Shown one piece after another: positions 18,019 through 31,249 of a stretch of DNA of 64,000 bases (its first letter is position 1; each line of letters opens with the position of its first letter). The position numbers and the translations under genes are program-made. The notes beneath the pieces were generated by a model. The model worked only from the letters and a program-made list of their open reading frames with translations, searched no databases and was not told the DNA's origin. Origin of the DNA: an uncultured Flavobacteriaceae bacterium (GTDB taxonomy: Bacteria > Bacteroidota > Bacteroidia > NS11-12g > UBA955); contig CAYYXG010000012.1 in NCBI GenBank assembly GCA_964475595.1, positions 19,465 to 83,464 on the forward strand. Reading direction: 5' to 3'.

Positions 18019-20049
18019 CTATTCGCTTTTTCTTTGTTTAATAAATCGATAATCCCAAAATACCAAAACCAGAACTTCCAATGCGAAAAAAACAGCAGCA
18101 AGCCATATAAACAAGCGCCAGGCAGAAGTGTCTGATATTTTGGCCTGATAAGCAGCCACTGCATTATCTCCGGATGTCCATTCTATACCATTGGCATCCA
18201 TCCAGGGTTTCAATTCAGATTCCAAGACCATACCGGGATTGCTCTCGAGGCGGCTGTCATTCACGGATACGCATCCCTGGATTTTTGAAGCCCCATTCTC
18301 TAACAAGGCATAGTTTCCGGCGTTTTCAGGCTGGGCACCCAAATATATACCTTGCCCGTTAGGGGTCATACTCACTTCCGCTACCAACTCAAAGCTATTC
18401 AACTTCAGCACCGGGGGTTTTTCGTTCATTTTCAGCCCATTTTGCAAAGGAAGTACTGTCTTTGACAAACAAATTCCGTACAGTTGAGGATTTGCCCTGT
18501 CTGCTATCATGGCATGGGTAAGCAAAGGAAGAAATAACGGACTTTTTACAAAATTGCCCGCATCCTCCTGAAACGGAGAAGTAAAACCATACAATGTTCC
18601 TTTTCCTACTTTAAACCTCAACAAAAACGGATCCCCGTTTTCTAAGGTTAAAATGGATTCACCAGCACCGTTCAACCCTGAAGTACTTCTATATTTTTTA
18701 ATTTCCGGCACAGCCATATTTTGAGGAATTTGACTGAATACGCCCTCAAAAAATGGATGGGTAAAACCCTTATCTGAAATACGAAGAGATCTATTTTCTA
18801 CTTTCGAATCAGGGAACCCTATAATGTTCACCAACGCATCGTTAGGCGTGTTGTTATCAACGGCAACGATACACGTGGCGCCAGAAACAGTGAGCCAGTC
18901 TCTTATGTTTTCTGCCTGTATTTTTGATAAATTTCCGGGGCCTACCCAAATATAAACATTATTGGCGGTTGCGACCTGACCGGAAAATGGATTCAAAGTC
19001 GGAGTTATTTTGAGAAAGGGCTGTGCTTCAATTACCTGACTCACAAACCGATTAGAACTGCTAAGGTTAACATTGCGTGAGGTTTGTGTACTAAGATTCA
19101 TGTACAACACATTATCAAAGGATGCTCCCGGCTCCTCAATAATCAGTCTTGCCGGATTAACACTTTTATTTTCTGCTGTAAAATCAATTGATGAAACACC
19201 GGAAGTTCCGGGTTGCACAGAAACCCTGCCTGTGCCCAGCAACCCATTTTCCGTATACAATTTCACAGGAAAATCTTGAAGCGGATCTTTTGTATAATTG
19301 ACAACCCGGAACTGAATGCTGTTTTTTTCCCCGGGAATCAGGTAGGGTTTTGTAAGCCATGCAGAATCAATACCAATATTTTCCCTTAGGCTTGATGTTA
19401 TTCTCACCAGCTTTATCGGTATTCCTTTGAGTTCGCTAATATTGGATGGCTTCCCTACAAAACCTGTCTGAAAATCAGAAATCACATACCCGACATAGGC
19501 ATTACCTGTCTCCTTTAAATCATTTGCCATACTTTTCAGCAAAGTCTCTAATTGAATTGAGCCCGGCTGAATTTTAATGGCATCTATGTTAGAAATGGCT
19601 TCCGCAGAAGAAACAAATTGTGAACTAGGGCCTGTTATCTGTAAAGTCCTGATTTGAAATTCCCCATTGATACCATAAGAACGAATAATATCACGGGCAT
19701 GTTGCTTTGCCGTTTCCAGCAAAATCTTTCCATCCCGTCGGTTATCCATACTGAAAGAATTATCAATAAAAATACTTACCCGCGTTTTGCCGGTTGCTTG
19801 CGAGGAATTGTGATTACAACCCGGGTTGGCAAATGCCATCACAAGACATGCAAGAGCTAACATCCTACAAAACAGGGTTAGCAGATGTTTAAGTCGGTTT
19901 TGATTTTTTGTTTCAATTTCAACTTCTTTCAACAAACGAACCCTGGTAAATCGAACCGTTTGATACTTTCTAAACCTGAAAAGATGCACCAACAATGGAA
20001 TCAGCAATACGGCTAGTGCTGACAAAAACACTGGGTACAAAAAGGACAT
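18019..20049 (-). CDS. membrane protein with BatA-type N-terminal double-TM domain
   Basis: MSFLYPVFLSALAVLLIPLLVHLFRFRK...RFTRVRLLKEV matches the aerotolerance-regulator N-terminal anchor pattern. There is also a C-terminal TM helix. Confidence 0.7.
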   Translation of the reverse strand: MSFLYPVFLSALAVLLIPLLVHLFRFRKYQTVRFTRVRLLKEVEIETKNQNRLKHLLTLFCRMLALACLVMAFANPGCNHNSSQATGKTRVSIFIDNSFSMDNRRDGKILLETAKQHARDIIRSYGINGEFQIRTLQITGPSSQFVSSAEAISNIDAIKIQPGSIQLETLLKSMANDLKETGNAYVGYVISDFQTGFVGKPSNISELKGIPIKLVRITSSLRENIGIDSAWLTKPYLIPGEKNSIQFRVVNYTKDPLQDFPVKLYTENGLLGTGRVSVQPGTSGVSSIDFTAENKSVNPARLIIEEPGASFDNVLYMNLSTQTSRNVNLSSSNRFVSQVIEAQPFLKITPTLNPFSGQVATANNVYIWVGPGNLSKIQAENIRDWLTVSGATCIVAVDNNTPNDALVNIIGFPDSKVENRSLRISDKGFTHPFFEGVFSQIPQNMAVPEIKKYRSTSGLNGAGESILTLENGDPFLLRFKVGKGTLYGFTSPFQEDAGNFVKSPLFLPLLTHAMIADRANPQLYGICLSKTVLPLQNGLKMNEKPPVLKLNSFELVAEVSMTPNGQGIYLGAQPENAGNYALLENGASKIQGCVSVNDSRLESNPGMVLESELKPWMDANGIEWTSGDNAVAAYQAKISDTSAWRLFIWLAAVFFALEVLVLVFWDYRFIKQRKSE

Positions 20050-20058
20050 ACCGCAAAG

Positions 20059-20493
20059 TTACGAAATTGAATCGTCAGGAAGTGAATAACGGCTAATGAT
20101 CCATTCAGGTATGGACTTGGGACGGCCCGTTTGCAAATCCACTAGGACATATTCAGCCCATCCTTTGCAGGAAAGAACGTCATCGGCATCCCTCAGTATG
20201 GCAAATTCCACCCTGACAGAGGCAGTTCCCATACTGACAATAGCGGTTTGAACCTTCATACCATCGCCCAATTTCAAGGGCCTCAGGTACCGCATTTCAG
20301 TTGCAGATAAATACCAACCCAGATTATGCTGCATAAATTCCTGCAAAGGCATACCATAGCAACGCTCCATTTGTTCCAGTCTGGCGGCAAATACATAATC
20401 CATGTAGCGGCTGCTGTGCACATGGCCAAATAAGTCTATGTCATCAGGTCTTACTTGCAGTACAGTGGTATGAACCCGGGTGTTAAGGGGCAT
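20059..20493 (-). CDS. 4HBT/YbgC-type acyl-CoA thioesterase (hotdog fold)
   Basis: VRPDDIDLFGHVHSSRYMDY is typical of the family. Its start overlaps the kinase stop by 1 nt (TAATG). Confidence 0.8.
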   Translation of the reverse strand: MPLNTRVHTTVLQVRPDDIDLFGHVHSSRYMDYVFAARLEQMERCYGMPLQEFMQHNLGWYLSATEMRYLRPLKLGDGMKVQTAIVSMGTASVRVEFAILRDADDVLSCKGWAEYVLVDLQTGRPKSIPEWIISRYSLPDDSIS

Positions 20494-21110
20494 TAGAAGA
20501 GCCCGTTTAAGGTACTCTCTACCTGCTGAACTATGAGCGACGCATGGTCAGGATTATCCGAGAAATCCATGTCATCTACATTAAATACCAGTAACTTACC
20601 CTTATATTCACTAATCCAGGCCTCATAGCGCTCATTGAGTCTTTTAAGATAATCGAGTCTTATTGCATCCTCATAATCACGCCCGCGCATTTGAATCTGA
20701 TGTACCAATTTTGGAATACCCGCTCTGAGATAAATTAATAAATCAGGGGGCGTTATCTGCTGATTGATATTTTCAAACAACGCATTGTAATTCTCAAAAT
20801 CACGGGTGCTCATCAACCCCATGGCATGCAAATTGGGAGCAAATATGTGCGCGTCCTCATAAATAGTTCTGTCCTGAATTACAGTCCTACTACCCTTCCT
20901 GATATTCTGAATATGCTTCCATCGGGTATTCAAGAAATATACCTGTAGATTAAAACTCCATCTCTGCATATCTTCATAGAAATCCGAGATATAAGGATTG
21001 TCATCCATATCCTCCAACTGCATTTCCCAGTCGTAATTTTTGGCAAGTAAATGGGTAAGCGTTGTCTTTCCAGCTCCTATGTTTCCTGCAATAGCAATGT
21101 GCATGGCCAT
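20493..21110 (-). CDS. deoxynucleoside kinase
   Basis: P-loop IAGNIGAGKTTL plus DR..YED and the RGRDYE lid motif. Confidence 0.85.
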   Translation of the reverse strand: MAMHIAIAGNIGAGKTTLTHLLAKNYDWEMQLEDMDDNPYISDFYEDMQRWSFNLQVYFLNTRWKHIQNIRKGSRTVIQDRTIYEDAHIFAPNLHAMGLMSTRDFENYNALFENINQQITPPDLLIYLRAGIPKLVHQIQMRGRDYEDAIRLDYLKRLNERYEAWISEYKGKLLVFNVDDMDFSDNPDHASLIVQQVESTLNGLF

Positions 21111-21186
21111 AGTGCAATATTACTATCGCTTAAAAAAGGAGTGCAAGTGGTTTGCGAAATAAAGTTTTACACAAATCGGCGTACCC

Positions 21187-21194
21187 TACCTTTG
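21187..21194 (+). promoter_or_regulatory. Bacteroidota -7 promoter box (TAccTTTG)
   Basis: TAnnTTTG match 13 nt upstream of the GTG start at 21207. Confidence 0.4.
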
Positions 21195-21206
21195 CACTTC
21201 TAATCC

Positions 21207-22967
21207 GTGAAAAGCCCTTTCAAGTTTAATCCAGGCCTCCTGGGACGAATTATGCAACTCGCACTCCCAAAGAGAGCTGCCTTCTACAGTGCCATTTTAC
21301 TCACCATCCTACAAAGTTGTTTATCTGCGATTCAGCCCAATTTTTATAGCCATGCCATTGATCATTATATTCTCAAAGGCACCTACGAAGGTTTGGGTTT
21401 CTGGTGTTTATTGATTTTAGCGGTTTTGATTTTTCAGACCTTACTGGGTTTTCTTAACAGCTATTTATCAGAAAACATTGGTCAGGATGTGATTTTGCGC
21501 ATGCGAAATTACACCTATAAACACCTAATAAATCTACGACAAACCTTTTTTGACAAGACGCCTGTTGGGACATCTGTTACCAGAACCATCAGTGATATTG
21601 AAACTGTAACCGAACTTTTCTCTGCAGGCCTCATCACCATAGCCGGCGATGCTTTTCAGATTATTATCATACTGGTATGTATGTTCGTTATTAGCTGGAA
21701 ATTGACCCTTTTAACCCTCCTGGTACTTCCGTTCTTGTTATGGGCAGCCAATTTTTTTAGAAAGGGAGTAAGAGACAGTTTTCAGCAGGTTAGAAATGAG
21801 GTTTCTAGACTCAATTCTTTTCTTCAGGAACACATCACCGGCATGCACATTGTTCAACTATTTAATCGACAGGAAAAAGAATATTCGAAATTTAAATCCA
21901 TCAATGCCTCACATAGAGATGCCCATATTCGGGGTATATTTTACTATGCTGTTTTCTTTCCCATCGTAGAATTTTTGGTTGCAGCCACACTGGCCATCAT
22001 CATTTTATACGGAACAGGCGGAATGATGCAAAACACATTACAGCCTGGCGAATTAACCGCATTTATCATGTTTGTCAACCTGTTTTTTCGCCCGGTAAGA
22101 GCCATTGCAGACCGGTTCAACAATATTCAAATGGGCATGGTAGCTGCTGAAAGAATTTTTGAACTGCTGGATAACACAGAAAATACTGAAACTTCCGGAA
22201 CAATCATTCCAGAGGAATTCCGTGGGGAAATTCGATTTGAAAATGTATGGTTTGCCTATGAAGGTGAAAACTGGGTACTAAAAAACCTGTCGTTTACGGT
22301 AAATCCGGGAGAAACCTTTGCCATTGTGGGCCATACGGGAAGCGGAAAAACTACCATCATCGGCCTCATTGCCCGATTTTATCAGCATCAGCGTGGTAAT
22401 ATCTATGTTGATGGTATCAAAATCGAAGCTTACAATCTGGATTTTCTGCGAAAAAAAGTAGTTTCCGTATTGCAGGATGTTTTTCTATTCAGCGGCAGTA
22501 TTGCCGATAACATCCGACTTAAAAATCAAGAAATCAAGGACACAGAAATCGCAGAGGCCGCAAGACTGATTGGGGCATATGATTTCATTCATCATTTGCC
22601 GGGTCAATTTGATTTTAATGTAATGGAAAGGGGCATGTCTTTAAGTTTGGGCCAGCGACAGCTCATCAGTTTTATCAGAGCGCTTGCATGCAAACCCGGC
22701 ATCATTATTTTGGATGAAGCCACCAGCAATATAGACAGTGAAACAGAAGTTCTTATCCAAAAAGCAATCTATCAGCTGTTAAATAACCGCACTGCTGTTG
22801 TCATTGCTCATAGACTCAGCACCATCCGACATTCTAACAGAATTTTATACATGAAAACAGGTGAAAAATGTGAAGAAGGTACGCATGCTGAGCTAATGAA
22901 GCTGAATGGCATGTATGCTGCTATGTATATGGCACAGCAATTATCTGGTGCCAATATCCTAGAATAA
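21207..22967 (+). CDS. ABC transporter, fused permease/ATPase (MsbA/exporter type)
   Basis: Six-TM N-terminal half, Walker A GHTGSGKTT, signature LSLGQRQ and Walker B IIILDEATS. Confidence 0.9.
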   Translation: MKSPFKFNPGLLGRIMQLALPKRAAFYSAILLTILQSCLSAIQPNFYSHAIDHYILKGTYEGLGFWCLLILAVLIFQTLLGFLNSYLSENIGQDVILRMRNYTYKHLINLRQTFFDKTPVGTSVTRTISDIETVTELFSAGLITIAGDAFQIIIILVCMFVISWKLTLLTLLVLPFLLWAANFFRKGVRDSFQQVRNEVSRLNSFLQEHITGMHIVQLFNRQEKEYSKFKSINASHRDAHIRGIFYYAVFFPIVEFLVAATLAIIILYGTGGMMQNTLQPGELTAFIMFVNLFFRPVRAIADRFNNIQMGMVAAERIFELLDNTENTETSGTIIPEEFRGEIRFENVWFAYEGENWVLKNLSFTVNPGETFAIVGHTGSGKTTIIGLIARFYQHQRGNIYVDGIKIEAYNLDFLRKKVVSVLQDVFLFSGSIADNIRLKNQEIKDTEIAEAARLIGAYDFIHHLPGQFDFNVMERGMSLSLGQRQLISFIRALACKPGIIILDEATSNIDSETEVLIQKAIYQLLNNRTAVVIAHRLSTIRHSNRILYMKTGEKCEEGTHAELMKLNGMYAAMYMAQQLSGANILE

Positions 22968-22998
22968 AAAAAGCCGACCTGTAATAGGCCGGCTTTTC
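22966..22998. terminator. bidirectional terminator between the ABC transporter gene and rpoC
   Basis: aaaaaaAGCCGaCCtgtaatAGGCCGGCTtttt: an imperfect GC stem flanked by A- and T-runs. Confidence 0.6.
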
Positions 22999-23014
22999 TA
23001 AATATTTGGGAATT

Positions 23015-26000
23015 TTAAGCTTCCTCCGTCTCAGCTTCCATTTTGGAAGCCATCAACCGATCATACTCCTCTTTGGAACCTGTAACTACATTATCCCAAT
23101 TACGCATACCGGTACCGGCAGGAATGAGATGACCCACAATTACATTTTCCTTAAGGCCTTTAAGCTCATCAACCTTACCGGAAATGGCGGCTTCATTTAA
23201 CACCTTGGTGGTTTCCTGGAAGGATGCAGCACTCATAAAGCTCTGGGTTCCCAAAGAAGCCTTGGTAATACCCATCAGTACGGGCTGAGCAGTCGCTGAA
23301 ACAGCATCGCGGAATTCTACCAGCTTCTTGTCCTGACGACGAAGTCCGCTGTTTTCCTGCCTCAGGTCTTTCAAGCTAACAATTTGACCAGGGTGCATCT
23401 GTTCGCTGTCACCTGCATCAGTTACTACCTTTTTATCCCAAATCCAGTCATTCTCTGACCGGAGATTCCAGCGGTCGGTAATTTCACCTTCAAGGAAACG
23501 GGTATCTCCTGGATCATTGATTTCCATCTTCTGCATCATCTGCCTAACAATGGTTTCGATGTGTTTATCATTGATTTTCACACCCTGTAGACGATATACT
23601 TCCTGAATTCCATTCAATACATAACGCTGAACGGCACCGGGCCCTTCAATGCGCAGTATATCCTGAGGGGTTATCGCACCATCACTCAATGGCTGACCAG
23701 CACGAACAAAATCACCATCATGCACCAAAATGTGCTTACTGAGCGCAACCTGATAGTGTTTCTTCTCACCGTCTTTGCTCGTAACTATGATTTCCTGGTT
23801 ACCACGCTTGCTCACACCATACTCCACTACACCATCAATTTCACTTACTACGGCGGGATTGGATGGATTACGTGCTTCAAACAATTCTGTCACGCGGGGA
23901 AGACCACCGGTAATATCACGTGTACGCGTTGCACTTCTGGGAATTTTTGCCAGAATATCTCCTGCCTTAACAGCAGCGCCAGCTTTAGCAACCAGAATTG
24001 AACCTACTGGCATGTTAAAGTGCTTGTTCTGATCTGCCTTGCCTTGAACTGCAATTACTGGCACTTTCGTTTTATCCTTGCTTTCTACAATAACCAGTTC
24101 GCTAAGACCAGTCTGCTCATCTCCTTCTTCACGCATGTTAACCCCTTCAATAATGTTATCGTACTGCACGGTTCCGTCAATATCAGAGATAATCAAGGTG
24201 TTAAATGGATCCCAAGTACACAATTTGTCTCCTTTTTTAACGGTCGCACCCTCTTTTACCATGAGTTGAGCACCATAAGGAACATTATAGCTGGTAATTA
24301 CGTTGTTGCTGCGTGAATCAAGAATCCGGATTTCACCACTTCTACCCAAGACGATTTCCACCTTTTTCTTCTTTCCGGTTTCATCGTCAACCACTTCTTT
24401 GGTTACTGTACGCATGCTATCAAAGTTGATTACGCCTTCGTATTTGGTTTCGAGGGTGTTTTCAGCAGCAATGTTCATAGCGGCACCACCGGTGTGGAAC
24501 GTACGGAGGGTAAGCTGCGTACCGGGTTCACCAATAGACTGGGCAGCAATTACACCTACTGCTTCGCCAATTTGAACCATACGGCCTGTAGCCAGGTTTC
24601 TTCCATAGCATTTTGCACACACTCCACTGAGTGTCTCGCAAGTCAGCACGCTACGGATTTCAACCTCTTCTATACCTGCTGCATCAATTGCGGCGGCCAT
24701 TTTTTCGGTTACTTCATCTCCACCTCTACCCAGTACTTCTCCTGTGGTATTGTCTATCACATCATCCACAAGGCAGCGGCCCAGTATTCTTTCATTGAGA
24801 CTTTCTGCTACTTCATCATTGTTGATAATGGCAGACATAGCAATGCCCCTAAGGGTTGCGCAATCTTGTTCTGTGATAACTACATCCTGAGCTACATCGT
24901 GCAGACGACGGGTAAGATAACCTGCATCCGCTGTTTTTAACGCTGTATCAGCAAGACCCTTACGAGCACCGTGCGTAGAGATAAAGTATTCCAATACATT
25001 CAAACCCTCTTTAAAGTTTGAAATAATCGGGTTTTCGATGGTATCACCAGTTCCTCCACCACTGCTCTTTTGAGGCTTTGCCATCAGACCACGCATTCCA
25101 CCGAGCTGACGAATCTGCTCGTTAGAACCACGTGCACCTGAGTCAAGCATCATATAAATAGGGTTAAAGCCCTGATCATCCGAACTCAGTTCTTTAATAA
25201 GAACACGAGCAAGTTGATTATTTACGCGGGTCCAAAGGTCAATTACCTGGTTATATCTTTCATTATTGGTAATGAAACCCATGTCTGCGTTAGACTGAAT
25301 TTCCTGCACCTCTTCGTAAGCTTTGTTCACCAGCTGATCTTTTTCATCGGGGATTTTCACATAGCTCATATTAAAGCTGAGACCGCCGCGGAAGGCAAAG
25401 TGAAATCCAAGTCCTTTAATAGCGTCTAGGAAGTTGGCTGCTTTGGCCACGCCGGCCACTCGAATCATCCCTGAAATGATATCACGAAGATTTTTCTTTT
25501 TCAGAAGTTCGTTTATGTAGCCATATTCCTCCGGAACTACCTGATTAAACAAGATTCTCCCCATGGTGGTATCAATTACGCTCCAAACGAACTCATCGTT
25601 TTCCTTAACACGCACACGGCACTTAACCTTGGCATGTAGGTCTACTCTTCCTTCGTTGTACGCGATAATGGCTTCTTCAGCAGCATAGAAAGTCAGACCT
25701 TCGCCTTTTACAGGGTGGGCTTTGGTTCCTACACGTTCCTTGGTAATGTAATAAAGTCCCAAAATCATATCCTGGGAGGGAACTGTTACCGGTGAACCAT
25801 TTGCAGGGTTGAGGATATTGTGAGAAGCCAACATCAGCAATTGTGCCTCTGCCACGGCAGCATTGCCGAGCGGAACGTGCACAGCCATCTGGTCACCGTC
25901 AAAGTCAGCGTTAAAACCGGTACAAACAAGAGGATGCAACTGTATAGCCTTACCCTCTACCAATTTGGGCTGGAAGGCCTGAATACCTAATCTGTGCAGT

Positions 26001-27322
26001 GTAGGAGCCCTGTTTAATAAAACCGGATGACCTTTTAAAATATTTTCTAGAATATCCCAAATAACAGGATCCTTCTTTTCTACAATTTTCTTGGCAGTTT
26101 TAACGGTCTTTACAATGCCCCTTTCAATCAGTTTACGAATGATAAATGGCTTGAAAAGCTCGGCGGCCATATTTTTGGGCAGACCACACTCATTCAGTTT
26201 CAGGGTAGGACCTACCACAATAACAGAACGACCTGAATAATCCACACGTTTACCCAGCAGGTTTTGACGGAAGCGGCCCTGTTTGCCTTTTAGCATATCG
26301 CTAAGCGACTTTAAAGGACGATTACCTTCACTCTTCACCGCACTTGCACGACGGGTGTTATCCAACAGTGAATCTACGGCTTCCTGAAGCATACGCTTCT
26401 CATTTCTCAAAATTACTTCAGGCGCTTTAATTTCAATCAATCGCTTTAAGCGGTTATTACGTATGATAACCCGGCGATATAAATCATTCAAATCTGAAGT
26501 TGCGAAACGGCCACCCTCCAAAGGAACCAAAGGACGCAATTCAGGTGGAATTACGGGCAACATCTTCATCACCATCCACTCAGGACGATTCTCACCGGTG
26601 CGCTGGGCACTACGGAAACCTTCAATTACCTTCAATCGCTTCAGGGCTTCCTGTTTACGCTGTTGGCTGGTTTCTGTAGCCGCCTGATTTCGCAAGTCAT
26701 AGCTTAATTTATCCAGATTGATTCGGCTCAGCAAATCATTCAAGGCCTCTGCACCCATGCGGGCAATGAACTTGTTGGGATCATTATCATCCAACAACTG
26801 GTTCTCTTTAGGCAGAGAATCTGTGATGTCCAGGTACTCTTCCTCAGTCAGAAGATCCAGATAATTACTATTGGACGCTGCACCGGGTTGTATTACCACA
26901 TAACGCTCGTAATAGATAACCATATCGAGCTTCTTGGTAGGTAGACCAAGCAGGTAACCAATTTTATTGGGAAGAGATCTAAAGTACCAAATGTGCGCAA
27001 CGGGCACCACCAGATTAATGTGGCCCATGCGCTCACGACGCACTTTCTTCTCTGTTACCTCCACACCACAACGATCACAAACGATGCCTTTATAGCGAAT
27101 ACGTTTGTATTTTCCGCAGTGACATTCATAATCCTTGATAGGACCAAAAATGCGTTCGCAGAAAAGTCCGCCCATTTCAGGCTTGTAGCTTCGGTAGTTA
27201 ATGGTTTCCGGTTTGGTAACCTCCCCAAAACTGCGGCGTAGTATGTTTTCCGGTGAAGCCAGCGAGATTCTGATCTTGCTAAAATTGCTTCCGATTTTTT
27301 GAATTTTCTTTTGTGTTTGCAT
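23015..27322 (-). CDS. rpoC: DNA-directed RNA polymerase subunit beta'
   Basis: 1,435 aa with [12 protein letters not shown] catalytic motif and zinc-binding cysteines near the N-terminus. Confidence 0.98.
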   Translation of the reverse strand: MQTQKKIQKIGSNFSKIRISLASPENILRRSFGEVTKPETINYRSYKPEMGGLFCERIFGPIKDYECHCGKYKRIRYKGIVCDRCGVEVTEKKVRRERMGHINLVVPVAHIWYFRSLPNKIGYLLGLPTKKLDMVIYYERYVVIQPGAASNSNYLDLLTEEEYLDITDSLPKENQLLDDNDPNKFIARMGAEALNDLLSRINLDKLSYDLRNQAATETSQQRKQEALKRLKVIEGFRSAQRTGENRPEWMVMKMLPVIPPELRPLVPLEGGRFATSDLNDLYRRVIIRNNRLKRLIEIKAPEVILRNEKRMLQEAVDSLLDNTRRASAVKSEGNRPLKSLSDMLKGKQGRFRQNLLGKRVDYSGRSVIVVGPTLKLNECGLPKNMAAELFKPFIIRKLIERGIVKTVKTAKKIVEKKDPVIWDILENILKGHPVLLNRAPTLHRLGIQAFQPKLVEGKAIQLHPLVCTGFNADFDGDQMAVHVPLGNAAVAEAQLLMLASHNILNPANGSPVTVPSQDMILGLYYITKERVGTKAHPVKGEGLTFYAAEEAIIAYNEGRVDLHAKVKCRVRVKENDEFVWSVIDTTMGRILFNQVVPEEYGYINELLKKKNLRDIISGMIRVAGVAKAANFLDAIKGLGFHFAFRGGLSFNMSYVKIPDEKDQLVNKAYEEVQEIQSNADMGFITNNERYNQVIDLWTRVNNQLARVLIKELSSDDQGFNPIYMMLDSGARGSNEQIRQLGGMRGLMAKPQKSSGGGTGDTIENPIISNFKEGLNVLEYFISTHGARKGLADTALKTADAGYLTRRLHDVAQDVVITEQDCATLRGIAMSAIINNDEVAESLNERILGRCLVDDVIDNTTGEVLGRGGDEVTEKMAAAIDAAGIEEVEIRSVLTCETLSGVCAKCYGRNLATGRMVQIGEAVGVIAAQSIGEPGTQLTLRTFHTGGAAMNIAAENTLETKYEGVINFDSMRTVTKEVVDDETGKKKKVEIVLGRSGEIRILDSRSNNVITSYNVPYGAQLMVKEGATVKKGDKLCTWDPFNTLIISDIDGTVQYDNIIEGVNMREEGDEQTGLSELVIVESKDKTKVPVIAVQGKADQNKHFNMPVGSILVAKAGAAVKAGDILAKIPRSATRTRDITGGLPRVTELFEARNPSNPAVVSEIDGVVEYGVSKRGNQEIIVTSKDGEKKHYQVALSKHILVHDGDFVRAGQPLSDGAITPQDILRIEGPGAVQRYVLNGIQEVYRLQGVKINDKHIETIVRQMMQKMEINDPGDTRFLEGEITDRWNLRSENDWIWDKKVVTDAGDSEQMHPGQIVSLKDLRQENSGLRRQDKKLVEFRDAVSATAQPVLMGITKASLGTQSFMSAASFQETTKVLNEAAISGKVDELKGLKENVIVGHLIPAGTGMRNWDNVVTGSKEEYDRLMASKMEAETEEA

Positions 27323-27343
27323 GTTACTGACTTTCGCTCAGAG

Positions 27344-30300
27344 TTATTCGATAAATGATACTTCCAGACCCAGACCTCTCAATTCATGTACAAGTACATT
27401 GAATGATTCGGGGGTTCCGATATTACTCAGGTTTTCACCTTTCACAATGGCTTCATAGGCCTTGGCTCTTCCGGTGATGTCATCAGACTTCACGGTTAGT
27501 ATTTCGCGCAGAATGTTTGATGCACCGAATGCTTCCAGTGCCCAAACTTCCATTTCACCGAAACGCTGACCACCAAACTGTGCTTTACCACCCAACGGCT
27601 GCTGGGTAATAAGACTGTACGGACCGATAGAACGGGCGTGCATCTTATCATCAACCATGTGTCCAAGTTTCAGCATATAGATGATACCTACCGTTGTGGG
27701 TTGGTCAAATTTCTGACCTGACAAACCATCATTCAGATAAACCAGACCATTCTTGGGTATTCCTGCTTTATTGGTCCATTCCTCAATTTCAGCATTGCTG
27801 GCGCCATCGAAAATTGGGGTAGCAAATTTCACACCCAGCTCTTTTCCGGCCCATCCCAAAACGGTTTCATAAATCTGACCCAAGTTCATTCGAGAAGGTA
27901 CGCCAAGGGGATTCAGAACGATGTCCACAGGTGTTCCATCATCCAGGAATGGCATGTCCTCTTCACGGACAATCCTGGCAACAATACCCTTGTTACCGTG
28001 ACGACCTGCCATCTTATCACCCACTTTCAATTTACGTTTGGTTGCCACATAAACTTTAGCCATTTGCAAAATCCCGGTAGGCAATTCATCACCCACACTG
28101 ATTGCATAATGCTCACGTTTAAAGTTGGTAACTTTATCATTGTATACATTGATATAATTGGTCAATGCACGAACGATAAGTTCGTTTTTCTCTGCATCAG
28201 CGGTCCAGTTGTGGTAGTTTACATTACTGTAATCTATGCTCATCAGATTTTTCTGGGTAAACTTAGTACCCTTGCTGATCAGCTCTTCACTGTACATATT
28301 GAAAACACCCTGGCTGGTTTTACCATTCACAATCTGGAATAATTTTTTAACCAGTTCGTCTTTGAACTCAGCCATTTCGCGCTTGTGGTCATCTTCCAGT
28401 TTTTGCAACCTTCCTTTGTCGCTGGCGCGAATGGTTTTATCTTTTTTGCTCTTGCTGAAGAGTTTTTTCTCAATAACCACACCATCTGTACCGGGAGGCG
28501 CTTTCAATGATGCATCTTTTACATCACCGGCTTTATCGCCGAAAATGGCCCTAAGCAGTTTCTCTTCGGGTGATGGCTCAGTTTCACCTTTGGGTGTAAT
28601 CTTACCAATGAGGATATCGCCTTCTTTAACCTCAGCACCTATGCGTATCAGACCATTCTCGTCCAGGTTACGGGTCATCTCGTCACTGACATTCGGGATA
28701 TCGTTGGTCAATTCCTCTTCACCGCGCTTGGTATCACGAACTTCCAACTCAAACTCGGTAATGTAAACGGTGGTGTACCAATCGTCTTTTACTACTTTTT
28801 CTGAGATTACGATCGCATCCTCGAAGTTATAACCCTGCCAAGGCATGAATGCCACTTTCAGGTTACGACCAAGAGCGAGTTCCCCACCCTGGGTAGCATA
28901 TCCTTCGCAAATCACCTGTCCCTTGGTAACCTTGTCACCTTTCTTTACGATAGGATGCAGATTGATACAGGAATTCTGGTTGGTTCTGCGGAATTTGGTA
29001 AGCTGATAGGTCTTGGTATTACCGGTAAAGCTTACCAGATCGTCATCAGAATTGTGCTGATAACGAATGCGGATTTCACGTGCATCCACGTATTCAACCA
29101 CACCATCCCCTTCAGCATTGATGAGAGAGCGGCTATCACGAGCCACCTTTTCTTCCAGGCCGGTACCCACAATAGGAGCTTCAGGCTTAACCAGAGGCAC
29201 AGCCTGACGCTGCATGTTTGAACCCATCAGCGCACGGTTAGCATCATCATGCTCCAAAAAGGGAATCAGCGAAGCGGCTATAGACACGATTTGGTTGGGT
29301 GCTACATCCATATAATCCAGTTTGGATGGATCCACCAACGGGAAGTCACCTTCCTTGCGGCTTTTCACCAACGCTGTTTTAAAATTTCCTTTTGCATCCA
29401 CTTCCGCATTGGCCTGAGCAATGGTTTTTCCATCCTCTTCTTCAGCGCTAAGGTAGGTAATTCCTTCCTCGATTTTGCCTTCAACTACCTTACGATAAGG
29501 GGTTTCAATGAAGCCCATGTTGTTGATTTTGGCATGAACACAAAGGGAAGATATCAGACCAATATTAGGTCCTTCCGGAGTTTCAATGGTACAAAGTCGG
29601 CCGTAGTGCGTGTAGTGAACGTCACGTACTTCGAAACCGGCTCTTTCACGGCTCAAACCACCCGGACCCAGTGCTGACAGACGACGCTTATGCGTGATTT
29701 CTGCCAGGGGATTAATCTGATCGAGGAACTGTGAAAGCTGGTTGGTTCCAAAGAATGAATTAATTACGCTGCTCAGGGTTCTGGCATTCACCAGATCTTG
29801 CGGTGTAAACACTTCATTATCCCGAATATTCATTTTTTCGCGAATGGTCCGGGCCATACGGGCAAGACCTACGCCAAACTGGGCATACAGCTGTTCACCA
29901 ACAGTACGCACACGGCGGTTGCTCAAGTGATCAATATCATCGAGGGCTTCCTGACCATTATACAGATGAATTAGGAACTTGATAATACTAATGATATCAT
30001 CTTTGGTCAGTACCTTCACATCCATAGGCGTATTCATATTCAACTTCTGGTTGATACGGTAACGACCTACGTCACCAAGGTCATAGCGCTTATCTGAGAA
30101 AAACAGACGCTCGATAATACCGCGCGCAGTCTCTTCATCGGGTGGATCTGCATTCCTCAACTGACGATAGATTACCTCCAACGCCTCTTTTCCATTATTG
30201 GATGTATCTTTCTGCAGCGTGTTATAAATAATATCAAAATCAATGTTACCGGTATTTTCAGTGTTAAGAATTACTGTCTTTACACCTGCATCCACAATCA

Positions 30301-31147
30301 CATCAATGTGTTCATCCGCCAGGATGGTATCACGCTCCAGAATAACCTCGTTTCTTTCAATAGAAACCACCTCACCGGTATCTTCATCAACGAAGTCTTC
30401 AATCCAGGTGCGCAGCACCCTAGCCGCCAGTTTGCGACCTATTACTTTTTTAAGTCCGGTTTTGCTAACCTTTACTTCTTCACTTAGACCAAAAATATCA
30501 AGAATATCCTTATCACTCTCAAAGCCAATAGCACGGAGCAATGTAGTTACCGGGAACTTCTTTTTGCGGTCGATATAGGCATACATTACGGCATTTACAT
30601 CGGTAGCAAATTCAATCCATGATCCTTTAAATGGAATTACACGGGCTGAATACAACTTAGTACCGTTAGAGTGAATGCTTTGACCGAAAAATACGCCGGG
30701 AGAGCGATGCAACTGACTTACGATAACCCTTTCTGCGCCATTAATGATGAAAGTACCATTGGGCGTCATGTAGGGGATGGTTCCAAGATACACGTCCTGA
30801 ACAATGGTTTTAAAATCTTCATGCTCGGGATCGTTACAACTCAATTTCAATTTTGCCTTCAGTGGCACGGCATAAGTTAGACCGCGCTCAATGCACTCCT
30901 GAATGGTATATCTGGGTGGATCTACAAAGTAGTCAAGAAACTCCAGAACGAATATATTTCTGGTATCGGTAATAGGGAAGTTTTCACGGAAAACCATGAA
31001 AAGACCTTCACCTTCGCGTTTGTCGGCAGGTGTGTCAAGCTGAAAAAATTCCTGGAACGATTGCAGCTGCACATCGAGGAAATCGGGGTATTCAATGGCG
31101 TGTTTTACTTTGCCAAAAGAAACCCTATTGTTTTGTAGTGTGCTCAA
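27344..31147 (-). CDS. rpoB: DNA-directed RNA polymerase subunit beta
   Basis: 1,267 aa with [12 protein letters not shown], the [13 protein letters not shown] (Rif region) and [17 protein letters not shown]. Confidence 0.98.
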   Translation of the reverse strand: MSTLQNNRVSFGKVKHAIEYPDFLDVQLQSFQEFFQLDTPADKREGEGLFMVFRENFPITDTRNIFVLEFLDYFVDPPRYTIQECIERGLTYAVPLKAKLKLSCNDPEHEDFKTIVQDVYLGTIPYMTPNGTFIINGAERVIVSQLHRSPGVFFGQSIHSNGTKLYSARVIPFKGSWIEFATDVNAVMYAYIDRKKKFPVTTLLRAIGFESDKDILDIFGLSEEVKVSKTGLKKVIGRKLAARVLRTWIEDFVDEDTGEVVSIERNEVILERDTILADEHIDVIVDAGVKTVILNTENTGNIDFDIIYNTLQKDTSNNGKEALEVIYRQLRNADPPDEETARGIIERLFFSDKRYDLGDVGRYRINQKLNMNTPMDVKVLTKDDIISIIKFLIHLYNGQEALDDIDHLSNRRVRTVGEQLYAQFGVGLARMARTIREKMNIRDNEVFTPQDLVNARTLSSVINSFFGTNQLSQFLDQINPLAEITHKRRLSALGPGGLSRERAGFEVRDVHYTHYGRLCTIETPEGPNIGLISSLCVHAKINNMGFIETPYRKVVEGKIEEGITYLSAEEEDGKTIAQANAEVDAKGNFKTALVKSRKEGDFPLVDPSKLDYMDVAPNQIVSIAASLIPFLEHDDANRALMGSNMQRQAVPLVKPEAPIVGTGLEEKVARDSRSLINAEGDGVVEYVDAREIRIRYQHNSDDDLVSFTGNTKTYQLTKFRRTNQNSCINLHPIVKKGDKVTKGQVICEGYATQGGELALGRNLKVAFMPWQGYNFEDAIVISEKVVKDDWYTTVYITEFELEVRDTKRGEEELTNDIPNVSDEMTRNLDENGLIRIGAEVKEGDILIGKITPKGETEPSPEEKLLRAIFGDKAGDVKDASLKAPPGTDGVVIEKKLFSKSKKDKTIRASDKGRLQKLEDDHKREMAEFKDELVKKLFQIVNGKTSQGVFNMYSEELISKGTKFTQKNLMSIDYSNVNYHNWTADAEKNELIVRALTNYINVYNDKVTNFKREHYAISVGDELPTGILQMAKVYVATKRKLKVGDKMAGRHGNKGIVARIVREEDMPFLDDGTPVDIVLNPLGVPSRMNLGQIYETVLGWAGKELGVKFATPIFDGASNAEIEEWTNKAGIPKNGLVYLNDGLSGQKFDQPTTVGIIYMLKLGHMVDDKMHARSIGPYSLITQQPLGGKAQFGGQRFGEMEVWALEAFGASNILREILTVKSDDITGRAKAYEAIVKGENLSNIGTPESFNVLVHELRGLGLEVSFIE

Positions 31148-31200
31148 TTTGTTTTTGTTTTTTTAGGTACGACAATGGATGTTTGACTCAATAAACGCCC

Positions 31201-31225
31201 AAAAGGCCCACGGTATTCCGGGGCC
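31201..31225 (-). terminator. weak hairpin/attenuator between rplL and rpoB
   Basis: On the minus strand: GGCCCcggaataccgtGGGCC followed by TTTTG. The position matches the classical rplL-rpoB attenuator, but the stem is short. Confidence 0.35.
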
Positions 31226-31249
31226 ATTTGGGGTTGTGTTTGTTGGAAA